From Alphaproteobacteria bacterium (lineage in GTDB: Bacteria; Pseudomonadota; Alphaproteobacteria; UBA6615), in the NCBI GenBank assembly GCA_022449545.1, contig JAKUPN010000006.1, positions 13 to 64,012 of the forward strand: 64,000 nucleotides of DNA, read 5' to 3'. The position numbers and the translations under genes are program-made. The notes beneath the pieces are model-generated. The model had not been told where the DNA came from. It saw only the letters and a list, made by a program, of their open reading frames with translations, and did no database searches. Within the stretch, counting starts at the first letter, position 1; every line of letters starts with the position of its first letter. This document shows, in pieces, positions 7,455 through 18,063 of the stretch.

Positions 7455-8456
7455 CTATTTTATAACTTTTGAATAAAACACAGGATCAACATTGGCTCCT
7501 GATAATATAACTACGCTAGTTAGTTTAGAGAAATGTTTTTTATGCTTTAGAATAGCAGCTAAGGCTACTGCACCACTTGGCTCAACGACAAGCTTAAGAT
7601 ATTTCCAGGAAAAAGACATCGCTTTTATTACGTCTTCATCTGTAACGGCAATGCCACCCGAAACTAATTCTTTGTTAATGGAAAAGGTTAGGTTACCTGG
7701 GCTCTGTGCCAGTAGAGCATCACAAATGGACTTTGTTTTAATCTTATTTTTTAATATTTTTCTTTCTTTGAGTGATCGAGTTGTATCATCATAACCAACT
7801 GGTTCTACAACAATAATCTCGGAAGCTGGGGATTTTTCACTGACAACTGTGGCTATGCCGGCAGTAAGTCCACCACCTCCGCAGCATATTAATATTCTGT
7901 TGGCATATAGGCCTATTCTATCTAGTTTATCTATTATTTCGGCACCTACAGTTCCTTGCCCGGATATTGTCCACGGGTGGTCGTAGGGAGGTATAATGGT
8001 GGAGCCTGTTTTTTTAGAAAAATTACTGGCTATCTCTTCACGGTTTTCTTTTTCTCGTTCGAAGGTTATTACTTCAGCACCTAGAATACGCGTTTGATTT
8101 AATTTTATGCTTGGTGCATCTGAAGGCATTATTATTGTAGACTTGATTTTTAGTAGCTTTGCGGCAGCAGCGACACCCTGAGCATGATTTCCTGATGAAT
8201 ATGCTACTACTCCATTTTTCTTATGACTTTCATTTAGTTGAGCTAGAAAATTATAGGCACCTCGAAATTTAAATGAACCAGTGTGTTGTAAAGTCTCCGC
8301 TTTGAGAAAAACTCTTCCGCCTACTAGTTCATTCAAATAGTTATTTTCAATTAATGGAGTTTTAACCGCAATATTATATAGGCGTTTTGATGCTGCTAAT
8401 ACGTCTTCATAACTGGGGCGGGCTTTAGATAAAGGATCCATCTTTAAATCACTCAA
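7455..8456 (-). CDS. PLP-dependent serine/threonine dehydratase family (threonine ammonia-lyase / serine racemase-like)
   Basis: 333 aa. PLP lysine motif ETLQHTGSFKFRGAYN, glycine-rich loop GGGGL, and SSGNHAQGVA. Confidence 0.75.
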   Translation of the reverse strand: MSDLKMDPLSKARPSYEDVLAASKRLYNIAVKTPLIENNYLNELVGGRVFLKAETLQHTGSFKFRGAYNFLAQLNESHKKNGVVAYSSGNHAQGVAAAAKLLKIKSTIIMPSDAPSIKLNQTRILGAEVITFEREKENREEIASNFSKKTGSTIIPPYDHPWTISGQGTVGAEIIDKLDRIGLYANRILICCGGGGLTAGIATVVSEKSPASEIIVVEPVGYDDTTRSLKERKILKNKIKTKSICDALLAQSPGNLTFSINKELVSGGIAVTDEDVIKAMSFSWKYLKLVVEPSGAVALAAILKHKKHFSKLTSVVILSGANVDPVFYSKVIK

Positions 8457-8462
8457 AATCTC

Positions 8463-9149
8463 TTAAGTTAGATCATCAAGAGAGTTTATTATCAAATCTG
8501 GTTGATAAGGTAATTTCTCAGAAATTAGTCTATTTCTATTAACCCAAACACTATAAAAGCCAAAACTTTTAGCTCCCGCCACGTCCCAATTATTAGCTGA
8601 AACAAAACAAACATCACTTTTATTAATTTTTAGTTTATCAATTACCAGTTGATAAACTAAAGGACTGGGTTTGTAGATCTCTATATCATCAATGGAAATA
8701 GTTAAGTCGATTAAGCTGTCCAAACCAGAGTTTTTAATCACTTCATTAAGCATTTGGTGTGTGCCGTTTGATAGTATGGCTATTTTACAGTCTTTTCTTC
8801 TTAAAGAGTTAAGGGAGTGATTTACTTCGTGAAATGTCTTCAATTTAAGGTATAGATTCATGAGTTGAGAATGCATTTTAGAGTTATTTATACCGACGGA
8901 TTCCATTGCATAATTTAACGCCTCTTTGGTGATTATCCAAAAGTCGGAATAGGAGCCCATCATACTATGAAGCCAAGTATATTGAATTTGTTTTTCTCTC
9001 CATATTTTAGAGAGCTCTTCTGATCTATCACCTATAATGTGATTGTATTCTCTTACAGCAGAGTGGAAATCAAACAATGTGCCGTAAGCATCAAAGACAT
9101 ATGCTTGATAACTAATTGTGTTATCAGAGTTTTCATGACTATATGACAC
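8463..9149 (-). CDS. HAD-superfamily hydrolase, haloacid dehalogenase type II-like
   Basis: 228 aa. HAD motif I YVFDAYGTLFD, ILSNG, and motif III/IV ...KPSP...FVSANNWDVAGAKSFGF as in (S)-2-haloacid dehalogenases. It sits 6 nt upstream of, and co-directional with, the dehydratase gene. Confidence 0.7.
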   Translation of the reverse strand: MSYSHENSDNTISYQAYVFDAYGTLFDFHSAVREYNHIIGDRSEELSKIWREKQIQYTWLHSMMGSYSDFWIITKEALNYAMESVGINNSKMHSQLMNLYLKLKTFHEVNHSLNSLRRKDCKIAILSNGTHQMLNEVIKNSGLDSLIDLTISIDDIEIYKPSPLVYQLVIDKLKINKSDVCFVSANNWDVAGAKSFGFYSVWVNRNRLISEKLPYQPDLIINSLDDLT

Positions 9150-9397
9150 AAGTAATACCTTTCTATAAAAAGAGTATTTTGACGATAATGTTAACTTTCT
9201 TTAGTGAATACTGGTAGTTGAATAAAGCATAGAATCAAGTAATTATTTGTCGTTTACAGGATTAAGTAGGTAAATTATTACTATAACTTGATTTCATAAT
9301 TTCATCTAACCCTTGTAGGGTGCTAATCTTCTGGGTATCGTCAAAGTATTATATTTCTGGCAATATAGGTTTAATGGCGAGACTCTAGGAGAAGAAT

Positions 9398-10276
9398 ATG
9401 TTTAAAGGATCAATCGTAGCTTTAGCCACACCGTTTCGTGATGGGGAGGTGGATGAAGTTTCTTATCAAGAAATAATTGAGTGGCAAATTTCTGAGGGAA
9501 CAGATGGCTTGGTTCCAGTAGGCACAACTGGCGAATCTCCGACATTGAGTCACGAGGAACATAAAAGAGTTGTCGAGTTGTGTATTGAGGCAGCCGATAG
9601 AAGAGTGCCAGTTATTGCTGGGGCGGGTTCAAATTCCACTGAAGAAGCAGTATTTCTTACACAGTTTGCAAAAGACGCGGGAGCTGATGGTGCTCTTATT
9701 GTTACTCCATACTACAATAAGCCATCTCAAGAAGGACTGTATTCTCATTTCAAAACGATAGCTGATACAGTAGATATTCCAATTATTATCTATAATATTC
9801 CTCCTCGGTCCGTTGTGGATATGTCAGTAGAAACTATGGCTAGGTTAGCGAGTGATTGCCCTAACATAGTAGGAGTGAAGGACGCCACACAGGATTTAGT
9901 TAGGCCACTAGATACGCGCGCTGTCATTGGAGATAAGTTCTGTCTTCTATCAGGGGAAGATGCAACTGTGCTTTCTTATTTAGTTAACGGTGGGGATGGA
10001 TGTATATCTGTTACAGCAAACGTAGCGCCCCGTGCTTGTGCACAGATGCATGACGCTTGGCAAAATGGGGATTTTAAGGAAGCAATGACAATTAACGAGC
10101 GTCTTTATCCTTTACATGATTCTCTTTTTGTAGAACCAAATCCTGTTCCATCAAAGTTTGGATTGTCTCTTTTGAATAAATCTACGATGGATGTTCGCTT
10201 GCCCTTAACCCCGGCAAATGAAAATACAAGAAAGACCGTTCAGGCAGCCATGATATCTGCAGGTATTCTTAACTAG
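9398..10276 (+). CDS. dapA: 4-hydroxy-tetrahydrodipicolinate synthase
   Basis: 292 aa. [10 protein letters not shown]...[22 protein letters not shown]...[18 protein letters not shown]...YNIP are canonical DapA motifs. Followed by smpB, as in many alphaproteobacteria. Confidence 0.9.
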   Translation: MFKGSIVALATPFRDGEVDEVSYQEIIEWQISEGTDGLVPVGTTGESPTLSHEEHKRVVELCIEAADRRVPVIAGAGSNSTEEAVFLTQFAKDAGADGALIVTPYYNKPSQEGLYSHFKTIADTVDIPIIIYNIPPRSVVDMSVETMARLASDCPNIVGVKDATQDLVRPLDTRAVIGDKFCLLSGEDATVLSYLVNGGDGCISVTANVAPRACAQMHDAWQNGDFKEAMTINERLYPLHDSLFVEPNPVPSKFGLSLLNKSTMDVRLPLTPANENTRKTVQAAMISAGILN

Positions 10277-10298
10277 TTAATCTTTAAGAAGAACTTTT

Positions 10299-10772
10299 AT
10301 GGCTAAAAAGTCTTTGACGGATAAAAAAATTGTGGCACAAAACCGCAAGGCTCGTCATGACTATTTCATAGAAGATAATATACAAGGAGGGCTTGTTTTA
10401 CATGGATCGGAGGTTAAGTCTCTTCGTTTAGGGCAAGGCAGTTTAGCGGATTGCTGGGCTGGTGAAAAAGACGGAGAAATTTGGATGTTCAGTTGTTACA
10501 TTCCTCAGTATTCATCTTCACATGAGCCAGATTATGTTTCTAGAAGACCCCGAAAAATACTACTTCATAAACGTGAGATGAACAGGTTACTGGGGGCAAT
10601 TCAAAAAGATGGAGTTACCTTGGTGCCCCTCTCAATATATTTTAATGATAGAGGAATTGCTAAAGTTGATATTGGTATTGCCCGTGGCAAGAGAAAGTAT
10701 GATAAACGAGAGACGCAAAAGAAACGTGATTGGGATAGACAGAAAGCGAGACTCTTGAGAGAAAAGAGGTAA
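10299..10772 (+). CDS. smpB: SsrA-binding protein
   Basis: 157 aa. IAQNRKARHDYFIED...AGLVLHGSEVKSLR...GIARGKRKYDKRETQKKRDW is diagnostic of SmpB. Confidence 0.95.
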   Translation: MAKKSLTDKKIVAQNRKARHDYFIEDNIQGGLVLHGSEVKSLRLGQGSLADCWAGEKDGEIWMFSCYIPQYSSSHEPDYVSRRPRKILLHKREMNRLLGAIQKDGVTLVPLSIYFNDRGIAKVDIGIARGKRKYDKRETQKKRDWDRQKARLLREKR

Positions 10773-10876
10773 ATGTCTTCTTGCAAGTCTTAGCAATCTC
10801 CCGTTTAAGAATTAGTATTTTTGATAAATAGAAAAAGTAACCAGTAAGTTATTTATATAAAAATAGGAATAGGGCT

Positions 10877-12049
10877 ATGATTCCAAATCAATTTCCTTCA
10901 CTAAACTTTGAGCTAGGTGAAACAGCAGATATGCTGCGTGATACAGTGAGAAGCTTTTCTGATGATCACATTGCTCCAAGAGCAGATGAAATTGATAGAA
11001 GCAATGAGTTTCCTCTAGATTTATGGCCCATAATGGGAGAGTTAGGGCTTCATGGGATTACAGTTGAGGAAGAATATGGAGGTTCGGGCTTAGGTTATTT
11101 AGAACATTGTATAGCCATGGAAGAGATAAGTAGGGCTTCAGCATCAGTTGGTCTTTCGTATGGGGCACATTCGAACTTATGCGTAAATCAGATAAGAAGA
11201 AATGGTACTGTTGATCAAAAGAAACGTTATCTACCTAAACTAATCAGTGGTGATCATGTTGGATCTTTGGCGATGAGCGAATCAGGAGCTGGTTCAGATG
11301 TTGTTGGAATGCGAACAAAAGCCGAGAAGAAAGGGGATCAGTACATTCTTAATGGGAGTAAAATGTGGATTACGAATGGCCCTGTTTCGAATACTTTTGT
11401 CATTTATGCCAAGACTGAACCGGATTCAGGCTCTAGAGGGATTACTGCATTTTTAGTTGAAAAAGGATTTAAAGGTTTTTCGGTTGCTCAAAAACTTGAT
11501 AAATTAGGCATGCGAGGTTCTGACACTTGTGAACTTATATTCGAAGATTGTGAGGTTCCTGAAGAAAACATTCTTGGGGAGTTGAATAAGGGTGTCAATG
11601 TTTTGATGAGTGGTCTTGATTATGAACGCGCAGTCTTAGCAGCTGGCCCACTTGGTATAATGCAATCTTGTATGGATGTAGTAGTTCCCTATGTTCACGA
11701 GCGAGAACAATTTGGGCAACCTATAGGCACCTTCCAGTTTATGCAGGGAAAGCTTGCTGATATGTATACAACCATGAATGCCTGCAAGGCCTATGTATAC
11801 GCAGTGAGTAAAGCATGTGATAGGGGAGAGACAACACGCAAGGATGCTGCTGGAGCAATTCTTTATGCGTCTGAAAAAGCTACATTAATGGCTTTAGACG
11901 CTATTCAAGCTCTTGGTGGTATGGGGTATGTAAATGAAAGCCCTACAGGACGCCTTCTACGTGATGCTAAACTTTATGAAATAGGAGCCGGCACTTCAGA
12001 GATTAGACGACTTTTAATCGGTCGGGAGTTATTTGAAGAGACGATGTAA
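10877..12049 (+). CDS. ivd: isovaleryl-CoA dehydrogenase
   Basis: 390 aa acyl-CoA dehydrogenase with the IVD-type pattern ([56 protein letters not shown]). It is followed by the methylcrotonyl-CoA carboxylase genes. Confidence 0.85.
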   Translation: MIPNQFPSLNFELGETADMLRDTVRSFSDDHIAPRADEIDRSNEFPLDLWPIMGELGLHGITVEEEYGGSGLGYLEHCIAMEEISRASASVGLSYGAHSNLCVNQIRRNGTVDQKKRYLPKLISGDHVGSLAMSESGAGSDVVGMRTKAEKKGDQYILNGSKMWITNGPVSNTFVIYAKTEPDSGSRGITAFLVEKGFKGFSVAQKLDKLGMRGSDTCELIFEDCEVPEENILGELNKGVNVLMSGLDYERAVLAAGPLGIMQSCMDVVVPYVHEREQFGQPIGTFQFMQGKLADMYTTMNACKAYVYAVSKACDRGETTRKDAAGAILYASEKATLMALDAIQALGGMGYVNESPTGRLLRDAKLYEIGAGTSEIRRLLIGRELFEETM

Positions 12050-12088
12050 GAATAGTTTAAGTATATTAAGAGGGAGGTCTTGTGTTGA

Positions 12089-12745
12089 ATGCCTAATGTT
12101 ATAATTATTGGTGCAAATAGGGGGATAGGATTAGGTTTTGCCAAACTCTTTTCCAAGCATGGTGATTGGAAGGTTTATGCGACAACGAGAAATGTTCAAG
12201 ACCTAGGGGAGCTGGGGAATATTGACGAAAACATATCGATTTATCAATTAGATGTTGTCAAATCAGATGATGTTTTAAATCTTTCAAGAGAGTTCGAAAA
12301 TAAAAATATTGATCTAATAATTCATAATGCTGGTGTCTATGGTCATAATATGACTAGAGAGGAAGTTATGGAGGTAAATTCATTAGCTCCATTTAAAGTA
12401 ATTGACTCATTGATGCCGGCTTTACTCCGAGGTGATCATAAAAAAATAGCAATATTGACAAGCCAGATGGGTGCTCGAAATGGAGGAAAAACGCCAACTG
12501 GTGTTTATGGAGCATCAAAAGCCGCTCTTAATGATAAATTCCGTATTATTGAATCAGAGTGGCGTAAGAGAGGGATAAGTTCTCTCGTCTTTCATCCCGG
12601 TTGGGTAAAAACTGACATGGGAGGAAGTTCTGCACCAGTAGAAATTAAAGAGAGCGTGATGGGTATGTATGGCGTACTAGAAGAGCTCTGTCTTGAAAAT
12701 AGTGGTAGGTTTATGAACTGGAAGGGAATGGAATTGTCCTGGTGA
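12089..12745 (+). CDS. short-chain dehydrogenase/reductase (SDR) family oxidoreductase
   Basis: 218 aa. N-terminal Rossmann motif IIIGANRGIGLGFAKL, NAG, and the YGASKAALN catalytic tetrad region. GAGGGAGG RBS. Confidence 0.75.
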   Translation: MPNVIIIGANRGIGLGFAKLFSKHGDWKVYATTRNVQDLGELGNIDENISIYQLDVVKSDDVLNLSREFENKNIDLIIHNAGVYGHNMTREEVMEVNSLAPFKVIDSLMPALLRGDHKKIAILTSQMGARNGGKTPTGVYGASKAALNDKFRIIESEWRKRGISSLVFHPGWVKTDMGGSSAPVEIKESVMGMYGVLEELCLENSGRFMNWKGMELSW

Positions 12746-12785
12746 TGTTTATCGACAGGTTATTATATTCTAGGAGGTGTTTCGA

Positions 12786-13928
12786 GTGCTAAATCAAGAA
12801 CAAAAAATGATCCGAGACCTAGCTCGTGATTTTTCCGAAAATGAACTTTTTCCATATGCAGCAAAGTGGGATAGTGAGGTTATTTTTCCTGAAAAACAAA
12901 TTAAAATGATGGGTCAGTTAGGGTTACTAGGGGTCCAGGTTTCAGAGAAATGGGGTGGCTCAGGCCTCGGAAACACTGAACTTGCTCTTGTGATAGAAGA
13001 AATTGCTGCTGGTGATGGAGGGTGTTCGACTATTCTTGCTGTACAAAATTCTGTTGTATGTATGCCTATTGAAACTTTTGGATCAACTGATCAAAAACAG
13101 AAATATTTAAAAGATCTGGTAAAAGGTGAGGTTTTAGGTGCTTTCATGTTGACAGAACCGCATACTGGGTCTGATGCAGGTGCAATAAAGACTAGAGCCG
13201 AAAAAGTAGGGAATAAATATATTCTCAATGGGGCTAAGTCATTTATAAGTACAGGGAGTAGAGCAGGTTTAGCTATAACGTTTGCAGTAACCGATCCATC
13301 GAAAAATTCTCGTGGAATCAGCGCTTTTATTGTTCCAACGGACTCTCCTGGTTATACAGTTAATCGTATTGAAAAAAAACTTGGTCAACGGTCCTCAGAG
13401 ACCTGTTCCATTACACTAGATAATGTAGAAATTACTCCAGATTTAATGCTAGCCGAGGAAGGTGATGGTTACCGTATAGCCTTATCTAATTTAGAAGGTG
13501 GTCGCATCGGTGTTGCTGCCCAGTCTGTTGGCATGGCGCGTTCTGCTTACAATGAGGCTTTAAAATATGCTATAGAAAGAGAAAGTTTTGGACAGAAAAT
13601 AGCCAATCACCAAGCAATTGCTTTTAAATTAGCTGAAATGAAGACCAAAATCGAGGTTGCTCGCCAGATGTATTTACATGCCGCTGACCTCCGTGATAGT
13701 GGAGTTAAATGTGTAGAGGAAGCATCTATGGCAAAGTTATTTGCCTCTGAAATGGCTGAGGAGGTTTGTTCTGATGCCATTCAAATCCATGGTGGGTATG
13801 GTTATCTTCAGGATTTTCCTGTTGAAAGAATTTATAGAGATGTGAGAGTCACCCAAATATATGAGGGAACATCTGAAATACAAAAACTTGTTATATCTAG
13901 AGAAATTTTATCTGAAAATTATTCATAG
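12786..13928 (+). CDS. acyl-CoA dehydrogenase (short/branched-chain type)
   Basis: 380 aa. Second ACAD paralog in the cluster (GAFMLTEPHTGSDAGAIKTRAEK..., catalytic YEGTSEIQ). The likely start is the GTG at 12786, 9 nt after AGGAGG; the open frame begins at 12777. Confidence 0.8.
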   Translation: MLNQEQKMIRDLARDFSENELFPYAAKWDSEVIFPEKQIKMMGQLGLLGVQVSEKWGGSGLGNTELALVIEEIAAGDGGCSTILAVQNSVVCMPIETFGSTDQKQKYLKDLVKGEVLGAFMLTEPHTGSDAGAIKTRAEKVGNKYILNGAKSFISTGSRAGLAITFAVTDPSKNSRGISAFIVPTDSPGYTVNRIEKKLGQRSSETCSITLDNVEITPDLMLAEEGDGYRIALSNLEGGRIGVAAQSVGMARSAYNEALKYAIERESFGQKIANHQAIAFKLAEMKTKIEVARQMYLHAADLRDSGVKCVEEASMAKLFASEMAEEVCSDAIQIHGGYGYLQDFPVERIYRDVRVTQIYEGTSEIQKLVISREILSENYS

Positions 13929-13943
13929 TACTGGGGTAATGTA

Positions 13944-14549
13944 ATGACTGATTCGCCAATCGAGTTTTATTTTGATTTTAATAGTCCCTATGGTTATGTC
14001 GGTGCTCATCTGATTGATAATATAGCCGAAAGATATGATCGCAAAACGGACTGGTATCCTATTTCGTTAGGAGTGGCTTTTAAAATAACTGGAATGAAGC
14101 CTATGAGCGATATTCCATTGAAAGGTGAATATTTTGAAATTGATAGCGCTAGAGTGTGTAGGTATTACGGAGTTGATTATCTTAAACCGGACGTGGCTCC
14201 ATTTTCAGCGACAGCTGCATCGAGGGCATTTTACTGGATAAAGGATAAAGACCCTGGGCAGGCAAAAGGGTTTGCGATGGCAATATACGCAGCGGCACTA
14301 GCAAAAAATGAGGATGTATCAGCACCTTCTAGTGTTGTTAAGATTGCAGCTGGAGTTGGTATAGATCAAAAAGAACTTCTTGACGCTCTTCAAGAACCTG
14401 ACATTAAACAGAGATTGGTGGATGAAACAGATGGAGCTATTAAAAAAGGTGTTTTTGGATCACCATTTGTAATAGCTGATGGTGAGCCTTTCTTTGGGGT
14501 AGATCGTTTTGAGATACTGGATGAATGGTTAGTTACAGAAGGGTTCTGA
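13944..14549 (+). CDS. DsbA-like thioredoxin-fold protein, 2-hydroxychromene-2-carboxylate isomerase family
   Basis: 201 aa. IEFYFDFNSPYGYVG...GSPFVIADGEPFFGVDRFEILDEWL is typical of the HCCA-isomerase/DsbA family. Confidence 0.65.
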   Translation: MTDSPIEFYFDFNSPYGYVGAHLIDNIAERYDRKTDWYPISLGVAFKITGMKPMSDIPLKGEYFEIDSARVCRYYGVDYLKPDVAPFSATAASRAFYWIKDKDPGQAKGFAMAIYAAALAKNEDVSAPSSVVKIAAGVGIDQKELLDALQEPDIKQRLVDETDGAIKKGVFGSPFVIADGEPFFGVDRFEILDEWLVTEGF

Positions 14550-15509
14550 AGAATAACTTTCTTCTAAGATTTTATAGAACAATGAAAGATCAATATTTCC
14601 ACCAGAGAGGATCAATCCAACATTTCTGCCCTTGTATTTATTCTTTTCCTTCATGAACGCAGCGAGGGGTGCAGCCCCAGCTCCTTCAGCAATATTGTGT
14701 GTATCCGAAAAATAATGCCTAATTGCTGTCTTTATTTCTGACTCACTAACTTTAACAATGTGATCTACAGAATGATTAATTATCTGAAGTGCGTCTTTAT
14801 CAGGTGTTCTAACTGCTAATCCATCTGCGATGGTATCTGAGTTATTTGTAGATACAGCTTTACCTTGTGAGAAAGACAGCTCATAACAAGGGGCGTTCTC
14901 CGCGACCACACCTACTATTTCTGTAGTCAGATTTAATGCTTCTCTTGCTGCAATGCATCCACAAATGCCTGAGCCAAGACCTATTGGAACATAAATAACA
15001 TCTAGGTCTTTTACACTTTTAAAAAATTCATAAGCATAAGTTGATACCCCTGTAACAAGCTCTTTACTAAACGAGGGCACCAATATTAATTCTCTCTCTT
15101 TTGCCAGTAGAGAAGAATATTCATATGCCTCCTGAAAATCTGCTCCATATTCAATTAATTCCGCACCCAAGGCACTCATGCTCATATTTTTTTCGGAAGA
15201 ATTTCCTTTTGGAACTATAATTGTTGCTTTAATACCGTTCACTGCAGCAGCAAAAGCTATAGATTGTCCATGATTACCCCTAGTAGCAGCGATAACTCCA
15301 TTGATGTTTTGTTCACTATTTGTCAGGTACGACATGTAAACTAGTCCGCCACGGAGCTTGAAAGCTCCTATAGGTGTTTGGTTTTCGTGTTTAATCCAAA
15401 TATTTGCACCCCCTCTTTTGTTCAAAAGAGGCCAATTGTAGTGGTTTGTTGGCTGCATATGGCCATAAACAGTAGTTGCTGCCTTCTCTATTTCTGACTT
15501 AACTATCAT
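14529..15509 (-). CDS. PLP-dependent serine/threonine dehydratase family protein (second paralog)
   Basis: 326 aa. PLP lysine motif PIGAFKLRGG, GNHGQSIAFAA, and glycine loop LSGGNID. It is antisense within the liu cluster, and its 3' end overlaps the preceding gene convergently by 21 nt. Confidence 0.75.
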   Translation of the reverse strand: MIVKSEIEKAATTVYGHMQPTNHYNWPLLNKRGGANIWIKHENQTPIGAFKLRGGLVYMSYLTNSEQNINGVIAATRGNHGQSIAFAAAVNGIKATIIVPKGNSSEKNMSMSALGAELIEYGADFQEAYEYSSLLAKERELILVPSFSKELVTGVSTYAYEFFKSVKDLDVIYVPIGLGSGICGCIAAREALNLTTEIVGVVAENAPCYELSFSQGKAVSTNNSDTIADGLAVRTPDKDALQIINHSVDHIVKVSESEIKTAIRHYFSDTHNIAEGAGAAPLAAFMKEKNKYKGRNVGLILSGGNIDLSLFYKILEESYSSEPFCN

Positions 15510-15579
15510 TTTCGTGCTAACTTCCTAATCAGAGATATAAGTAATACAATAGAATGATCCTAATGAGGTACAGTGGCAA

Positions 15580-17187
15580 ATGAGTATTATAAAAACATCT
15601 GTGGACATTAATTCACAGGAGTATATTCAAAACTACAATAATATGAAGATTGTAGTGGATGATTTACGAGAAAAGATCTCAGTTATAGAAAATGGAGGAA
15701 GTCAGAGTGCCCGTGAACGTCACGAGGCGAGAGGTAAACTGTTACCGCGAGACAGAATTAGTAACCTCTTGGACTCAGGTTCTCCATTTTTGGAATTTTC
15801 TCAGTTGGCGGGATATGATCTTTATGACGATGATATCCCAGCAGGGGGAATTATAACAGGTATCGGGCGTATTTCTGGCCGTGAATGCTTAGTTGTTGTA
15901 AATGACGCTACAGTAAAAGGAGGAACGTATTACCCAGTAACCGTTAAAAAACATCTCCGTGCCCAAGAGATAGCAAAAGAAAACAATATTCCATGTATCT
16001 ATCTGGTCGATTCAGGGGGAGCTAATTTACCACAACAGGCTGGTATATTCCCTGATAAGGAACATTTCGGTCGTATATTTTTTAATCAGGCTAATATGTC
16101 ATCAAAAGGTATACCTCAAATTGCAGCAGTTATGGGCTCTTGTACAGCTGGCGGTGCTTATGTTCCTGCTATGGCAGATGAAAGTATTATTGTTAAAGAT
16201 CAGGGAACAATATTTTTAGCTGGTCCTCCATTGGTAAAAGCAGCCATAGGCGAAGAGGTTACTGCTGAGGAGCTTGGTGGATCGACTGTTCACACTCGAA
16301 CGAGTGGCTTAATTGATCATTTAGCAGTTGATGATACACATGCACTATCAATAATTAGAAAGATTGTTAGTAATCTTAATAAGACTGAGTCAAATTCTAT
16401 GACTGTAAAAGAGCCTATTGAGCCTCTTTATGACACTAAAGAAATTTATGGAGCAGTCTCTTCGGATAGCCGAAAACTCTATGATGTGAGAGAGGTGATC
16501 GCTCGGATAGTAGACGGAAGTAACTTTGATGAATTTAAAGAGCTTTATGGGGAGACATTAGTAACCGGATTTGCCCATATATATGGTTATCCTGTTGGAA
16601 TCATAGCGAATAATGGTGTTCTATTTTCAGAATCATCTCTTAAAGGTGCCCATTTTATTGAAATATGTTGTCAACGGGGTATACCACTTGTTTTTTTACA
16701 AAATATATCAGGTTTTATGGTCGGAAAAAAATACGAGGCAGGCGGTATTGCTAAAGATGGAGCTAAATTAGTTACAGCAGTTTCTTGCGCTAATGTTCCC
16801 AAGTTTACTGTTATAATTGGTGGGAGCTTTGGTGCAGGTAACTATGGAATGTGTGGGCGGGCTTATGGGCCTAGGTTTTTGTATATGTGGCCAAATGCAA
16901 GAATATCCGTTATGGGTGGTGAGCAGGCTTCTAACGTTTTGGCCACTATACGTCGGGATGGTATTGAGGCGAGAAATGAAACCTGGACAGAAGAAGAAGA
17001 AAATAACTTTAAGGCCCCAATCCTTGAGCAATATGAAAAAGAGGGCCATCCCTATTTTGCAAGTGCTAGGCTGTGGGATGATGGTATAATCGATCCATCT
17101 GAAACAAGGCGTGTTTTAGGGCTTAGTATATCGGCGACATTAAATTCACCTATAGAGTCAACTCGTTTTGGTATATTTAGGATGTAA
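15580..17187 (+). CDS. mccB: methylcrotonyl-CoA carboxylase carboxyltransferase (beta) subunit
   Basis: 535 aa with acyl-CoA carboxyltransferase N and C domains (LLPRDRI..., [55 protein letters not shown]). Confidence 0.9.
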   Translation: MSIIKTSVDINSQEYIQNYNNMKIVVDDLREKISVIENGGSQSARERHEARGKLLPRDRISNLLDSGSPFLEFSQLAGYDLYDDDIPAGGIITGIGRISGRECLVVVNDATVKGGTYYPVTVKKHLRAQEIAKENNIPCIYLVDSGGANLPQQAGIFPDKEHFGRIFFNQANMSSKGIPQIAAVMGSCTAGGAYVPAMADESIIVKDQGTIFLAGPPLVKAAIGEEVTAEELGGSTVHTRTSGLIDHLAVDDTHALSIIRKIVSNLNKTESNSMTVKEPIEPLYDTKEIYGAVSSDSRKLYDVREVIARIVDGSNFDEFKELYGETLVTGFAHIYGYPVGIIANNGVLFSESSLKGAHFIEICCQRGIPLVFLQNISGFMVGKKYEAGGIAKDGAKLVTAVSCANVPKFTVIIGGSFGAGNYGMCGRAYGPRFLYMWPNARISVMGGEQASNVLATIRRDGIEARNETWTEEEENNFKAPILEQYEKEGHPYFASARLWDDGIIDPSETRRVLGLSISATLNSPIESTRFGIFRM

Positions 17188-17189
17188 GA

Positions 17190-17972
17190 TTGATGAGCAG
17201 TAATAAACTAAAACTCGAAGTTAATGATAAGGTTGCTAATTTGATCCTCGATCAGCCAGAAAAGCATAATGCTTTTGATGATATTATAATTAAAGAAATT
17301 AAAGATACGATTGATAATATTGGTCAAAATCCAGAAATACGTGTTCTAGTTCTTTCCGGGTCGGGTAAAAGCTTTTCTGCTGGTGCCGATCTTGGCTGGA
17401 TGAGGCGCATGTCTGAGTTTGATGAAGATGAAAACTTTTCAGATGCACGTTCGCTAGCAGATATGTTGAATACACTTAATTTATGTCCAAAGCCAACTAT
17501 AGCGAAAGTGCATGGTCCGGCCATAGGAGGTGGTGTTGGCCTTATTGCCTGTTGTGATATGGCTATAGCAGCCGACACAGCTATATTTAGCTTCTCTGAA
17601 TCACGTCTAGGGTTAACCCCTTCGACAATAGGTCCATACATCATCAAGTCAATCGGAAGTCGTAACGCGAGAAGATTCTTTTTGACTGCTGAGAGATTTG
17701 ACGCTTTAACAGCCTTAGAAATAGGTCTTGTTAATGTTGTTGTACCAGCTAACGACCTGGATCAGTACGTATCTGATTTAACTAAGACTTTATCGAAGAA
17801 TAGTCCAAATGCTATTAGGGAATGCAAAAAGTTAATTGATTATATAGATGGTCGAAATATAGATAGACCAGTGCTTGAATATACTGCAAAGCATATTGCA
17901 CGCGTACGCAGTTCTGATGAGGGGAAAGAGGGAATAACCGCATTCCTGGAAAAAAGGAAGCCAAATTGGTGA
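17190..17972 (+). CDS. liuC: methylglutaconyl-CoA hydratase (enoyl-CoA hydratase/crotonase family)
   Basis: 260 aa crotonase fold (LDQPEKHNAF..., SFSAGADLGWM, KVHGPAIGGGVGLIACCDMAIAA). Its position between mccB and mccA fits liuC. Confidence 0.8.
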   Translation: MMSSNKLKLEVNDKVANLILDQPEKHNAFDDIIIKEIKDTIDNIGQNPEIRVLVLSGSGKSFSAGADLGWMRRMSEFDEDENFSDARSLADMLNTLNLCPKPTIAKVHGPAIGGGVGLIACCDMAIAADTAIFSFSESRLGLTPSTIGPYIIKSIGSRNARRFFLTAERFDALTALEIGLVNVVVPANDLDQYVSDLTKTLSKNSPNAIRECKKLIDYIDGRNIDRPVLEYTAKHIARVRSSDEGKEGITAFLEKRKPNW

Positions 17973-18063
17973 TGGAAGACGTTATTTATTATAATATAAA
18001 CTCACTATAAAACGTCTATCAAAGAATTAAGCGAATTGTTGATAATATAAAACGAGGTAAAAT

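Noticed and set aside
10773-10876. tmRNA (ssrA) next to smpB
   Set aside because: The 104-nt spacer is AT-rich with no tRNA-like acceptor/T-arm sequence. Alphaproteobacterial two-piece tmRNA is not obligatorily linked to smpB.
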